This document shows, piece after piece, positions 1 through 13,992 of a stretch of 64,000 nucleotides of DNA. Positions within the stretch are counted from its first letter, which is position 1; every line of letters starts with the position of its first letter. The position numbers were made by a program, and so were the translations under genes. The stretch is from NCBI RefSeq assembly GCF_001194135.2, contig NC_068986.1, forward strand, positions 114,704,563 through 114,768,562, given 5' to 3'. The DNA is from Octopus bimaculoides. Taxonomy: Eukaryota. Under the pieces are notes generated by a model, which saw only the letters and a program-made list of their open reading frames with translations, did no database searches and had not been told where the DNA came from.

Positions 1-49
1 AATGTAATGCTTATTTGCATTGTTTTGAATCACCCATGCATTGTCTCAT

Positions 50-188
50 AACTTTTAGATTTCAATGTTAAGATTATTTATTTTTAGAACGACATTATAG
101 GGTAGGTGTGAGAGGCTGAATATGGCCAGTCATAAAATTGACTGAATATTTTGGCTGGATATGGCTGGTTTAAATGCTAAAGGGTTAG
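50..188. mobile_element. Terminal fragment of a piggyBac-like MITE
   Basis: Ends in AAAGGGTTAG, close to the piggyBac AGGG-TTAA terminus. Related sequence in the opposite orientation at about 8515-8620. Confidence 0.4.
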
Positions 189-519
189 AGCATGTAAATA
201 CATAACTGGACCTTGTCATGAGTGGGTTGAGATTACAACTTTGGCTGAGCTTACTGACCGAGCTTCTTAAATAGAATTGGAGTAATTGCCTGATTGTTAT
301 CACTTAAAAACAACAGGTGTATTTTGTGTTCCTAGCTTGAATGAATGGCCTTGAGGAAACAAAGGATGTATTGTTCTGTAACTGAAGCTTGGTAACAAGG
401 GACATACTGTTCTAAGACCGTAGCTTGGAAATGAAATGCATTGTTGCAACATAGCTTTGAATGGGCTTCAATTCATATCTTTTTCTTACTAATGCAATAT
501 TTCAATGCACCCATTGACA

Positions 520-945
520 CCATTGCACTTCTAAAGACCATTTCATGTGGTATAAGGTCAAAATCCATGGCACTTCTATATGCTTCAAATATAAGAATAT
601 ATGATAAATGCAGTTTTGTTATGTGAATGTGAGACTGAACATATGCAAAACAAGCACTCAAGATGAATTGTATTTGAAATAAGATGCTTTTGCAGAATGT
701 TTGGCATAACATAGAAGGATTACCAAGCCAATAAGTTAGAATTCAAGACTCAGTAAGACAACAAATACAGTGGGTTGGTCATGTCAGTAAAATGACTGGG
801 TCACGTGCAAATACAACCATGTTCACTTCTTTGGAAGGCAAAAGTAGGTAACCAAAGAGAGGCTGGATGAATCACATGACATAGGTCGGCATGAAAATAT
901 CTGAATGTATAAAGTCCAAGACAGGTGTGGAAAACAAAGAGAAAA
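520..945 (+). mobile_element. Degenerate RTE-type non-LTR retrotransposon fragment (post-RT region)
   Basis: Broken frames give LLYAS, EIRCFCRMFGIT and QWVGHVSKM, matching the RTE LLYGxE / EMRCxRRxLGI / WxGHVxRM motifs. Confidence 0.7.
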
Positions 946-1476
946 AATTCAGGTACCTCAGTGGCAGAAGTACTATGATGTCACCTGCATAAGTATGGAA
1001 CAGGGGGCGGGAATGGCTAAGTGCATAGGGTATTGGACTATTTTCATAGTGGAGTCATGTATTCAAATTTGCATTTCTGACAACAATGAATTTGACATTT
1101 CCTTGCACTGCTTAACATTCAATAACAAGAAATGCCAATTTAGTTTAGGAAAGTGACATTATCTGAAGAGATCAAACATCTTAGCCAGGTGTATATTTAT
1201 ATCTCATCTGCTTCACGTCATGAAATTAATCGCAGGGGTCCTTAACTTGTTGGAACTTAGAGGGGACCTTCATCTCTTCATTTATTGTTGCCTCCTGAAG
1301 GTCAGTCGTTACCTATTAGCTAATAATACTATGAAATTCAGAGCAAAGATGGTCTTCTTACACATATACACATGCAGACAAACAGGTAGCTAATTTTAGT
1401 GAGAGATCATTAGGTAAATAGAACAGCAGTTAGATATAAATAGATGCTGATAAGCTATTAGATAGACAAGCAGATA

Positions 1477-1548
<72 letters not shown>

Positions 1549-2030
1549 TTAATAAATAGGCAATAATAATGATAAAAATGATAACTATTGATCTTAGAAA
1601 TTGCGAGTTCCGAAATATTGACCTCTCCAAGGACATTTCTTTTCAGATAAAACCCCTTCCAAGCTGTCTGGGAGCTGAAAGGGTCACTTGACCATTATAT
1701 GTGACCAGAGTTTATTTCTACTGCTACTACTACTACTACTGCTGCCAAAACTACTGTTACTATTTGGCAATACATTCGCCAAATTTCCTCCTCCTCCTCT
1801 CCATAATTCTCTCTATCACCCCACGACCGCCACACTTTGGTAACAGTATCTCAGAGTAAACCCAAGATGCAGAGGTCCAGGTATGAACACACAGACACAC
1901 ACACTCACACATCTGTACATGTGCATGTTTATATATATATATATATATGAACACAGACATGTACATATACGAATCTTTCTATAACCCTACAAAAACACAT
2001 TTAGGTTGCTAACTCAATCCTCTATGAGTG

Positions 2031-2068
<38 letters not shown>

Positions 2069-2574
2069 CATTATGTATGTGTGTGTGTATGTGAGCCTGT
2101 GTATATACATGTATATGTATATGTCTATATGTAATACACATCGACTGTAAATATATATATACATATATTCTTTGCATATATGCATAAGTGTATATACACA
2201 TATATGTATATATTAGTTCCTAGTTGAGCTGTCTGATTGGCTGGTCCTCCCTGTCAAATTAGCAGTAGTAGTAGTTGTAGTTGTTGTAAGCTCTTTCTCT
2301 TTCTCTCAGATATCTAGATAGATAGAGAAATAGATAGACATATAGTGTTAAAGTAGTTATCAGTTAGCCTTAAAATTTTTGAAGCTTCTGCTATAAAACA
2401 ACCCCCATGCCCAAATCTCTCATATATATATATATTTATATATATATGTCTATATGTAATTCTAATATACACAATATATATGTATATATGATTATATATA
2501 TATATAACGTGTATTTATACATATTTATTTATACATGTATGTGTCTGTATAAATACGTATTTATACATGTATGC

Positions 2575-2650
<76 letters not shown>

Positions 2651-5600
2651 AATACATACATGTATGCATATATGTATATATATATGTATATATGTATGCA
2701 TATATAACTGCATGCTTTATTTTCTCTTTCATTTATCTATCCATCTTTCTATCTCTCCCCTTCTTTCTCAAGCTACTAACATAAACCCAGTTTATAATTG
2801 CTTACAAATGTACTCTGAGCTTATGTTTACTAATATTACTGAAAATAGTTTGGTTTGTTTGAAGTAGTCATTGCTAGTGACAATAACAATGATTATGATA
2901 TATTGTTGATGTTCATTGTTTTTGTTGTTGTTTTGAGTTGCTGAATTTTTTATTGTTTTTTTTATTTTTAAACTATTCCTATTACATAAGAACAGTGATT
3001 GCATTAAACAAATTGTATATACATTACTCAATCTGTGTGTGTGTGTGTAAGCCTTGTGTCAGGCTGATGTGGAGGTGTGACAATGTTATGTAATGGCACT
3101 CATTGAAGCAGAAACCCATGTTCACAGAACAAAAATGCCATATTTTAATTGCTTGTTAATTCAGCAGATTGACTGTTGATTCCTTGAGAGTTATCTCCCC
3201 TTCTCTTGCTAGTTGCAAATGCTGCTCAATTTTGGTTTACCTTCATTTGAAGCAAAGATAGTTTTTTATGAGTCAAAAATTTATCCTGTATGGTATTTAG
3301 TATACCTTTCTTTATCTTTGTTGTCCAAACACATGCCACTGGCTGCTCTGAGTTATATGGGCTGGATACTCATGTCCAACCCATGCCAGCATAGGACATG
3401 GACGTTAAATGTGTTTATTAACTTACTTGAAAATAAGTGAGAGTTTGTGTGACAGGAAGGGAATCAAGCCACAGAAAATTTGGTTCGATGAATATCATTT
3501 GACCTATACTAGCATAGAAAAGTGGACATTAAAATGAGGACAATCTAGTTCTGTCGATTGTAGTCAATACATCTTGGAAATATGTACAATGCATAAATGC
3601 GTACGTATGTTTATTAAGTTTGAACTAAGCAAGGCCTGCATATTTTCTCAAACATTACTTTCTTCAACTGACCAGATACATAATATAGAACAATTGATGT
3701 GAAAGAAACCCATACTCATTCAAAAGCTCAGTGAATGTAATATAATGGTCATTTCTTAAATTACTAATGTCTACAATTCACCAAAAGTCTGATTGAATAA
3801 TACTATGGTTTTGGATATGTAAGCCTTATTATCTTAGGAATTAGCATGCACGTGCACACACACTATCTCTCTCTCTCACACACATACACATATGCATCTT
3901 TATGTGTTTAATTAGTATGTCAAATATTTGATATAGATTCTGTGTTAATGGTTTATCAATGTTTGCAGGACTAAGACATAAACTCATGTCTTGGGCCCTC
4001 TTTACACAACATAAGTGTCACTACTTGAGTGGACAATTGATCCTAGAAACAACTGCTGGAAACCTTACTAAGGCAACTTGCAACTGTGTTGAGCCAGTTT
4101 AGGTCAAAAGCATTTTGTGTTGGGGTGGTGGTCAGCTGTGCACAACAAACTTATTATCTAACCCCAGATGAACCATGATTTAGCAGATCAATGAACAAAT
4201 GTACTGATGTTTAATTCTAGATGAGCCAGATTTGGCAGATCTGTGCTCAAATGTGTTGTTGTTTTGCTCTAGAAGAGACGTGATTTATTGTTCAGATCAG
4301 TGGTCAAAAGTGTTATTTAGTGCCTGGCATAATCAGATTGAACAGATCTGTGATGGAAGACTTCCAGTGTGATTACCTAGTTGGTAAAACAGCCTCATGA
4401 GTTTGGCCTGACTGGTTGAATAAATCTAGTTTGACTATTCCTCATTTCACTCACTGTGTGGTCAGTGATAAGAAGGGATATATATTGATCTTATTTGCTC
4501 TAACACAAACAACAATATAAATATGGGAAACTTTAGTAAAAAGACAGATTAAAAGCACCTGTGCTTGTGCTTGGCATTAGGAAGGGCATCCAAGTGAAGA
4601 AACCATTCCAAAAGATAATTGGAACCTGGTCCAACTCTCCAGCTTGGCAACTCTTGTCAAATCGTCCAACCCATGCCAGCATGGAAAATGAATGTTAAAT
4701 GATAATAATGTTGATATGATAGATTAATACACTGGCCAAATACTTGGTTTCTAGATTTTTTCCATGCCACTCTTTAAGTTAAGCTTATATGGTTATTTAA
4801 TAAAATAGTTTTTTTTTCTTTTTGGAAGAGAAGACATTCAAAATGAGAGGTATGAGCAGTTTCTGTGTTGAATATTGCATATGTAGTATATATGTATCTA
4901 GGCATCTATGTACACACACATGTATATGGGGTTATGTGTGCATGTGTGCAGTTGAGAATGTGTCTGCATACGTAACAGCAGCATTTGTTCATTGCTATGT
5001 TGTTGTTGTTGTTCAGCCTCAGTTTTAATCCTTATCTTATTGACCTAATATCAAAGACGTTCCAACCATGACCATCCATGTAGTAATGTAGAGGTGTGTA
5101 TAGTTGTGTTGATGATGATGATGATGATGACAATCTGGTTGGATTGTAGTTATGAAACCAGTATTTAATGCGATTTCAGTGGAGATGGAGCTACAGTTGC
5201 AGTTGATGTAGTTACTGTGGTAGTGAATGGGGTAGTTGCAGCAGCAGTAGCAGCAGTGGTGGTAATGGTAGAGAAGTATTGATGTAGTGGTAATGGTTGT
5301 GCTGTAGCAGTGTGGAGGGGAAGAGGTGCTCTGGTACTAGTATAAGTAGCCCAAGGTGTAGGATTACTTTTATGATATTAATTATACAACAATATATGTG
5401 GTATGATTATTATTAGTATCAGTGGTAATAGTAATCATAGTAATCTTGGGATTAGGGATAACTGATAGTAGTAGTAGTAGTAATAGCCTTATTAAATATT
5501 TAAGGATTAACTGTTATCTTCTTATGTACACTGGGTTTTTTTTTTATTTCTGTAAATTTTAAATTATTAGTTTTACTCACCACCACCACTGCTGCCACTA

Positions 5601-7424
5601 CTACTACTGCTTATAATAATAAAATAATAATAATAATAATAATAATCCCACCATTTTAGTACTGAAAGCTAAACTGGCTGCTTTTGATAAAAAATTTTTA
5701 CCTAGGTTTTAGGTTCATATCTTGCTAGGTTTGACTTTGTTTTTATTCCTCTCAAGGGTCTCTAGAACCAATACCAGTCATTTTCTATGATTTATTCAAA
5801 CAAATGAAATCTCGTGCCCTATCTTCTTCTAATTAAAACAAGCAATAGCATTATACCACAGAGATCATCGTATTGGTGGTGGTGGTGGTGGTGGTGGTTG
5901 TCTACATACCTGATTATCACGGGGTGAAATTACAGATTAGAGTGATATTCTCTCCCACCTTCCCACCACCTCTGGTATTTCTACTCCTAATCATCTTATC
6001 TTAAAATGAGGCTAGTGGAGGGAAATGAGGAGGAAAGTAGATTGATGTAGTGGTTTAACCTTGACACATATTTCTGTGTGCAAGCATGGCTCTGGTAGTT
6101 TCAGGTTCAGTCCCACCTAATGGCACTTTGGCCAAGTATATCTCTGGATATACTGTCAGTGTGTGCAGTAGGCAGAAACAGAAATAAACCCCTATAGTGT
6201 GTGTGCGTGTTAATGTTGAGTTATAATAAAAACAGTTTAACAATGGGCTGGATTTTTTTGTAGAGTACATATATTTTTACCAGAAAAGAATTGACTTTGA
6301 AGTTTTGACCAGCTGACTTTTTACTAAGTGGAAACTGTGTAGAAACCTGTGTGTGTGTGTTGAGTAAGAAACATTTTATTCAAACAGAAATATTAGTGTC
6401 TAACTCAGCTGTCTTACCTTACATCAATTTCAATATTACACTTTCTACCATAAAGACACTTTCCTCAGCTGTCGCTCTGTTCAGCTGAAGTGGATCTGAG
6501 TCTTGTGAGCTGCGTAGAGACTTCACTTGTGCTGGTGCAAGGATTCAGTAGACTCTTGTTATGTGATTTGAATCAGGAAAGACATCCAACTGTTGAAATC
6601 ATCTGAAGCAGACAGCAGAGCATGGTGCACTGCTCTCATCCATCAGTTCTTGCCAAACTGTCCAGCCCATGTCAGCATACAAGAATGATGTGAAAAGATG
6701 ATGATGACAGGATTTTACATGAGCAATAAAATATATACAAGTTAAATATTATCTAGTCTTGATATAATTCTCTAAAATTCTTGAATGTGATGCCTCAGTT
6801 TGGGCACCGTTCAATGAATGAAACTGCTAAAAGATGTGCAATGAATTGGTAGAATCAATGGAGTGAGGGCCAAAACACAATCCCTTTATAATCTGGGTTC
6901 AAATTCTGCAAGAGTTTTTAATTTTCTCTTTCACATCGGTTTACCTGCCAAATCTCGCTCATATCCTTCCCCCCACAGTTTTAAATAAGGCAGTTGCATG
7001 GTAGATAATATAGTCCTAAATAGGTCTAAAAAGTTGGGATGGTCATGGCTGAAATGATTTTGATCATCATAGGTCTGCTCATTCAATACTGACCTCAGGC
7101 TAAACAGCAGCGTGTGTGTATGTGTAAGTGTGTACAGTTGTCCATATTTCCAAATGAAGCTACACTAAACATCCTCCTCTTATCATTTATTCTATAACCT
7201 ACTCCTAATTAGAACATTGTTTAATTGCTTTTCATTGTTTACACTTTTAACACTGTTTACTGTTAATATTATGTTATTTGAGTTGTGTATGTATTTACGT
7301 ATTGAGTAGAGGTTGGTAGGGGGTTTAATTGTTTAATTATTATGTTGTTATAATTTAATACATTTTTCTTTTCTTTTTCTTTCCTCTCTTCTTTCTTCTC
7401 CTCCCTCTCTTTCTCTGTATCTAG

Positions 7425-7507
7425 GTTTTGGGTTTGTAACCTTCGAAAGTGAAGATGTTGTAGACAAGGTCTGCGAGATACATTTTCACGAAATAAATAA
7501 AAAAATG
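7425..7507 (+). CDS. msi: Musashi-family RNA-binding protein, coding exon A (RRM2 RNP1 region): (G)[27 protein letters not shown]
   Basis: Polypyrimidine tract plus ctAG acceptor (7423-7424) and ATG|GTAAGT donor (7508). The 83-nt exon (phase 1 to 0) translates to a near-identical match of vertebrate MSI1/2 [28 protein letters not shown]. Confidence 0.97.
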
Positions 7508-8790
7508 GTAAGTAACAGCCATGTTGATATTATTATTATTATTGTTGTAATCAATGTGTGTACCCTTGTCTTTGCCTAATGTGATAATTAGAGATTGGCA
7601 TAAAAAAAGCAGTGTTTCTGACCTCCTGGTTATGGTGAAATATTACTTCACTTGGAAACAGGTGAGAGTCAGCAACAAGGAGGGCTAGTGACCATAGAAA
7701 ACTTACCTCAATGATTCAATCTGGAAAAGTGGACATTAAGATAAGCAGGATGATCAATATACATGGATATTTGGAGGAATGATTACAAATTGGTTTTTAT
7801 TCATGGGTTGTGATGACTAAGAAAAATCCAGGACTGTAAGAAGTAGGTGACTTGGAGTAGAGTATAGATGTAAAACCATTAACTTCTATGTTAGAAGAAA
7901 GACATCTAGGGTATTAATTTAAATTTTTACAGATCTTATAAATTATCCTCACCATTGTTTAATGTCTGTCTTTCATGCTGGCATGGGTTGGGCAGTTTAA
8001 AGAAGCTGGCAAGCCGGAGAGTAACACCAGACCCCATTGTCTACTTTGGCATGGTTTCTAACGCCAGGGTGTACTGGCTGCTTTTTATGTGGCACCAAAG
8101 TGTGTTTAGTATTTGAGGAGAAAGGTAAGTTATAGCATTATTTCTGGAGAAAACCATTGAGACTTCTCCAAGTAATAGTGTTTAAATTCTGAATGCTTAC
8201 GGCAAGATGTGAGGAATGACTATGCAGGTAATAGTTAAAATGTCAAATTTTCTGACAGAATATTGAGAAATAAATTAAAATATTGTTAACTATACAATAT
8301 GAAAAATATTAATCTCAAGATAATTAATAAACTGGCATAATACCTTAATTTGCTGGAAATAATTTGAAATACGATATAATTGAGATTATAATGGAAGTTC
8401 ATGGTACTGTGATCTAATCCTTAAGAATACATAACGTGTCAGAGGATACATAATTAATTGTAGAAGAGGAGAAAAATTTTAAATTGACTTTTATGCTTCA
8501 ATAGTTATGGCATATCCAACCCTTAGCCATATCCAATTTAAATATTCTGTTTCATGTTCAAACTGGTCGGATCCAGCTTCTCACACCTACCCTTCAAATG
8601 TCATTCTAAAAAACAAATTACACCATCATATTTTGAAGCTACAAGATAATGCATGATTAATTCAAAACAATGAATAAATAAGCATTATATTGACAGAATA
8701 GTCTGAATGCTGAAGGGCTAAAAATGATATATTGTATATTTCTGTGTAAAACCACAAGGATCCCAGTTTGTCTGTAACAAGACTAGTAAT

Positions 8791-9043
8791 CTGTTGTGTC
8801 TGGGAAGAGTCCTTCTCTTTTGGTGCCTTATAATTTAACACACTCACCGATAAAATTTCCACTTATTTTCTTTTGTTTTTAAAATTTTTGTTGTGTCTTG
8901 CAACATTTTCAATAGTCTTCAACAGTCAAAACTAAAAGGCTGCAAGGTTTTTAGGAAAATAAAAAAGAAATAAGTGGAAATTTTACCAGTGAGTGAGTTA
9001 AATTATAAGGCACCAAAAGAGAAGGACTCCCTAGACACAACAG
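8791..9043. mobile_element. Foldback MITE-like element with about 85-bp terminal inverted repeats
   Basis: 8791-8875 is the reverse complement of about 8960-9043 at roughly 90% identity by eye. AAT flanks both sides (8788-8790, 9044-9046). Confidence 0.8.
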
Positions 9044-9435
9044 AATATGCTTCAACACACAAACTCACATAAAGAATCTTGCAAACCAAATCCCAAAACG
9101 AAATAAAGACTAGTGTTTCCTTCAAATTTGACTGGTTAGAGCNNNNNNNNNNNNNNNNNNNNNNNNNNNNNNNNNNNNNNNNNNNNNNNNNNNNNNNNNN
9201 NNNNNNNNNNNNNNNNNNNNNNNNNNNNNNNNNNNNNNNNNNNNNNNNNNNNNNNNNNNNNNNNNNNNNNNNNNNNNNNNNNNNNNNNNNNNNNNNNNNN
9301 NNNNNNNNNNNNNNNNNNNNNNNNNNNNNNNNNNNNNNNNNNNNNNNNNNNNNNNNNNNNNNNNNNNNNNNNNNNNNNNNNNNNNNNNNNNNNNNNNNNN
9401 NNNNNNNNNNNNNNNNNNNNNNNNNNNNNNNNNNN

Positions 9436-9526
<91 letters not shown>

Positions 9527-9705
9527 CACACTCATGTACATGTTTGCATTTACTATTCCCTCACTAATGAATGAATGCACTCACTCAGAGTTAAATTGGG
9601 TGTATGAAACAATTTAATGGATTTACTATCAGTAGTTATTGCACATATTTCCCATCTTCTTTATTGTCCTCTATAGACATCCACAATGAAAATATTTAGA
9701 ATATA

Positions 9706-10907
9706 TGAGGTGGTACCCAAAAGTAACTGGAAACGTGGAACAAGCCTGTTGCAGTTCAGGCTTCTGCTGCTAGAACTCACTTGATGCAATCCTCAGGCAT
9801 CAGTCTGCCAACCAGCAGCAGCGAGTGGTGTACTCCCATGTGGTGCATCTTTGTTTTGTAGTGCTTCTTACCTGTTCATCAATTTTTGCAATAGCTGAAA
9901 CAAAGGAACAGTGTGCTTCTATGAAATTCTATTTTCTGCTGGAGAAAGTAGTGGCCAAAACAGTTGTCATGCTTCAAACAGCTAACAAGGGCACAGCCAT
10001 GACCAAAATACAAGTTTATGAAGGGTTTCTATGCTTGTTGCTTGAAGACCCTCCTTGTTCAGGACAACTGTTAACCTCCCGAACGAATGAAAACATCACA
10101 AAAAATTCATGAACTGATCTTGGAGGATCATTGTTGAACAATTGATGAACTTGTTGGTATGACCGGTGTGTGTCCTGTCAATGAATTTTGAGTGAGGAAT
10201 TGCAAATGAAAAGAATTGTAGCAAAATTTGTGCTTTGCTTACTCACAGAAGATCAAAAGCAATCCTTACTGAATGCATGTCATAAACTATAAGAACAGTT
10301 GACCTTCCAGGTCAGTGGAAGCATTCATTGTCATCATACCCCAAAAATGTGTATCAAGTGAAGTCCAATATCAAGATGATGCTGATTTGTTGCATCAATG
10401 CAAAAGGAATCGTCCATACAGAATTTGCTCCTCTTGGTCAAACTGCCAACCAGACATTTTACTTGGCAGTCCTGAAGTGGTTGTGAGACGTGGTGAGATG
10501 AAAACGCCCCAACCTGTGACAATTTGAAGAGTGGTAGTTTCATCACAGCAATGCCTCTGCATACTCACCTTGAGTGTGAGACAGTTTTTGCCAAAAATGG
10601 CATGACCCCCCAGTTACCCATCTTCCCTATTCCCTGTGACTTTTTTCTGTTCCCCCAAATGGGTGAAAAAAATCCTTAAAGGAAAACGTTTTGCAGATGT
10701 GGAAGAGGTGAAGAAAAAAACAAATGCATTAAAAAGCTTCACCTGACAAGAATTCCAGGACTGCTTCGAAGAGTGAGAAACATGTCCGGACCAATCCATT
10801 GCTTCAAATGGAGAATACTTTGAAGGTGATAAAAGTGTAAACAGGTAAAACAAGTGAACAAAATAAATAGTATTGTGAAACTCTGATTTCTTTTCGGTAC
10901 CCTTTCA
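9706..10907 (+). mobile_element. Degenerate mariner (Tc1/mariner) DNA transposon with a pseudogenised transposase
   Basis: TA target sites at 9704-9705 and 10908-10909, with imperfect TIRs (TGAGGTGGTACCCAAAAGT versus reverse complement TGAAAGGGTACCGAAAAGA). Fragments read EQCASMKFYFLL, AKFV..LLTEDQK, KGIVHTEF..LGQT, PCDFFLFP, LKGKRFADVEEVK and GEYFEGD. Multiple stops and frameshifts; the first catalytic Asp region is deleted. Confidence 0.92.
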
Positions 10908-11126
10908 TATTTCTTTAAAAATCTAAACATTTTATGGCATAATTATCACCAAAACCTTTTCATTAGATGCATGGTTATGTGATGCAGTGTGTTTTATATT
11001 TCCTTTATGAATTTAGTGATGACAAAGTTGTTTTGTTTTCTTCTTTTAATGAATTAATAAATTTATTTTCTTGACTCCATGTCATTACACATTTTCTGTC
11101 TGTGTGTCTTTTTGCTGCACCTCTAG

Positions 11127-11214
11127 GTCGAATGTAAGAAAGCTCAACCGAAAGAAGTGATGTTACCAACCACATTGGCAGCAAGAGGGCGAGGGCTGAC
11201 ACGGGGAGCCTATG
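11127..11214 (+). CDS. msi: Musashi exon B: VECKKAQPKEVMLPTTLAARGRGLTRGAY(G)
   Basis: ctctAG acceptor (11125-11126) and G|GTAAGT donor (11215). 88 nt, phase 0 to 1, in frame with exon A. VECKKAQPKEVM is the Musashi-diagnostic end of RRM2. Confidence 0.97.
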
Positions 11215-12419
11215 GTAAGTGAAGCCAAATTCCTAAATGTGTCTGTCAGGGCATAGAGGGGATCCAGTTTGGTAAAACATAATACGGGTATCTCATTAGT
11301 TTGTTTTAGCTGTCATGACTTAGGCCAGCTGGAGCACTACCTTTACAGGAATGTAAAAAAGAAAACTCGTTCTGAGTTTATATGAGATGTATTTTCTTTG
11401 TTAATTTATAATTAAAATGTTAATTGAATTAAGACCTCATTAGTTGGGAAGGCGATTCCACAAAAATAATGGATAATGTATATGTTCTTGACAAAAATCT
11501 GTAGAAAAGAAAAATAAATGCTCTCTTGTAGCCAGACAATTGTACAAAAATTCACATAACCATAGACATATACCACCATCTGCATTACCACCCCCACACA
11601 CATATCACATACACAAGCATCATCATAGTCATCACATACACACACCACCACAACGAACAAGGTGGCCTCTACATGGTCACTCGACTTCATAGAAATAGCA
11701 GCTAAACTACACCTTACTGCCTTAAAAGGGGATACTTTTTGATAATGGTGTGCTTTGGCCTCAAGTTGATATGTAGGCAAAAATGGGATGGAAACAGGTG
11801 GAATACATTTCACCATAGACCTGTTTTGTTAGTATTGTCCTGGGGTTAAAGAACAATACATGCTCACATCACCACACAGTTACACACATACACACTCACA
11901 GCTGTTAACATAGAAATAGATACCCACACCACCATCACCATATCAAATCACACCAGTTGTCCTAAATCAAATATCATACCTTGAATGCAGTTCTGTTGCT
12001 ACTGGCAACTCCCCCTCTCCCCTCTTCAGTGCTGCGTCTCTGCGGTCAATTCACTCTGCACTGCTGCAATATTATATAGTAGTGATTTCATTAGACTACT
12101 AATGTTGACATAATGATGACAGTGATAATTATAACAATAATTTTTTGTCATAGACTTTTTGGGGAAGAGAATGGCATTCGACTGGTACTTAATTTAATTG
12201 GCCCGCGAATGCATGACAGGTGGAGTTCACATTGATGGAACTGGGATTTGAACTCAAAACAGAAGAGCCATAACTAACTGCCCCAAGTCTCATGCTCTAA
12301 TAATTCTCCTTGTTCATCAATCTTGTATATTAATAACAACAATAAGAAGAAGAATGAGTTCATAGATAAATATAAGACCAGAATATTTTTCAGTAAACCC
12401 CAGTATTTGACTGGTACAT

Positions 12420-12700
12420 CATCATCATTTAACGTCCATCTTCCATGCTGGCATGGGTTGGACGCTTTGACAGGAGCCAGCTAGGACTACACCAGGCTTC
12501 ACTGTCTGTTTTGGCATGGTTTTTATGGCTGGATGCCATTCCTAACACCAACCGCCCCATAGAGTGGACTGAGTGCTTTTTACGTGGCACCAGCACAAGT
12601 GAGATCAGCTTTGGCATGGTTTTTACAGCTGGATGCCCTTCCTAACACCAACTACTTCACAGTGTGGACTGGATGTTTTTTACGTGGTGCCAACACATGT
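12420..12700 (-). mobile_element. GGAAGGGCATCCAGC-core repeat (RTE 3' UTR/SINE family) with an internal ~100-bp tandem duplication
   Basis: (CAT)n tail and TTCCATGCTGGCATGGGTTGGACG. The core TTTGGCATGGTTTTTA..GCTGGATGCC.TTCCTAACACCAAC occurs twice (about 12510 and 12610). Confidence 0.85.
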
Positions 12701-13766
12701 TTCATTAAGCCTTTAAAGATAAGGTTAACTTAAATATTTGTAGCTGGAGAGACAAAGTTACACATTATGGCTCAAAGGTGCAGATAATTCTATTAATCTC
12801 CGTACATGACTGGTACTTTTTTTTTATACACCTCAGGAGGGAGATTAGTGAGAATTGGCTATTTGGCTATTGTTAAGAAGTCACCTCCACAACTTCATGG
12901 GTACTGCTTCAAACCTTCTGTGTAGTACCTCATGCAAGTGTCCTTGCCCATAATTTTGGGTTGGCCAAACCATTGTGGAATTTGTGAGGGAACCTGTTGG
13001 AGATTCCATTTCTGATCTTGCTGGATTCAATTCCTTAGTCACCACAATCTGACTACTGATGCAAGTATTCAGGGCAAATTGTCTGGTCCAAAGATAACTT
13101 TCTCTCTTACTTCCACCTGTCCCAGAAGCCCTAAAGCAAAAGTAAATATGTCACTCTATGGCACTAAACATTTCCTTTCATGCTCTACTGATTCTACCTG
13201 CTTTTCTATCTTCCACTATAATAATGATTATAGTGTTACTATAATCATCATCAACCCCTGGACATTACTGTCTCCAGTCCTAGGGCTTGTAAGGCCAGAT
13301 ACCCAGTTTCCATGGTGAATAAGAGATCACAGCTTTCCCCACCTGAACAGGACACTAATCCATCTCAGGTTTACTCCTTTACAGATCACTGGACTTGGGT
13401 GACATGAAATGAAGTATTTTGCTCAAGAATACAATGCAACTCTTGATTTGGATATCAAAACCATGATCTCGCAACCCTAAGTCCAATACCCTAACCATTT
13501 GGTCACTCACCTTTACTAACGACAGGATTTCAATTTAGAATTCAATAGGCTGGAACATAATGCTGCCAAATATCCTTCCAATGTTCTATCAGTTCCACTA
13601 ATTCACCATCTTGGACAAGTACTTCATTTATCAGCCCTGAAAGAATGAAAGATTATGATGATGTCTGCAGGATTTGAACTCAGGGCATACTGAACCATTG
13701 CAAAATACTGCAAGGCATTTTGTCCACTACCCTCACTATTTTACTGATGATAATTGCAAACATATC

Positions 13767-13990
13767 GAGGCATCGAACTGACGGAAACGTTAGCACACCG
13801 GGCGAAATGCTTAGCAGTATTTCATCTGTCTTTACGTTCTGAGTTCAAATTCTGCCGAGGTCGAGTTTGCCTTTCATCCTTTCAGGGTCGATAAATTAAG
13901 TACCCGTTACGTACTGAGGTCGATCTAATCAACTGGACCCCTCAGTAAAAATTTTGGGCCTTGTGCCTAGAGTAGAAAAGAATAATTATA
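13767..13990 (+). mobile_element. tRNA-head SINE with a Deu/Nin-like central domain (well-preserved copy)
   Basis: B-box-like GAGTTCAAATTC, central TTTGCCTTTCATCCTTTCAGGGTCGATAAATTAAGTACC and 3' GGCCTTGTGCCTAGAGTAGAAAAGAAT. Dozens of degenerate copies occur across the window. The domain name is from recall and was not aligned. Confidence 0.85.
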
Positions 13991-13992
13991 AA

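Noticed and set aside
1161-1185. CTGAAGAGATCAAAC, a hammerhead-like fragment
   Set aside because: Lacks the G of GAAA and has no convincing stems I and III.
1847-1886. Exon-like segment ending in CAG|GTATGA
   Set aside because: It does not encode the expected upstream Musashi exon (DAMLMFDK..NRHR), and no symmetric stop-free phase-1 frame exists.
5080-5490. TAG-rich tract upstream of exon A
   Set aside because: It looks like an ordinary degenerate (GTA/GTG/GCA)n microsatellite with no adjacent exon candidate. Kept only as a background caveat for the UAG-array finding.
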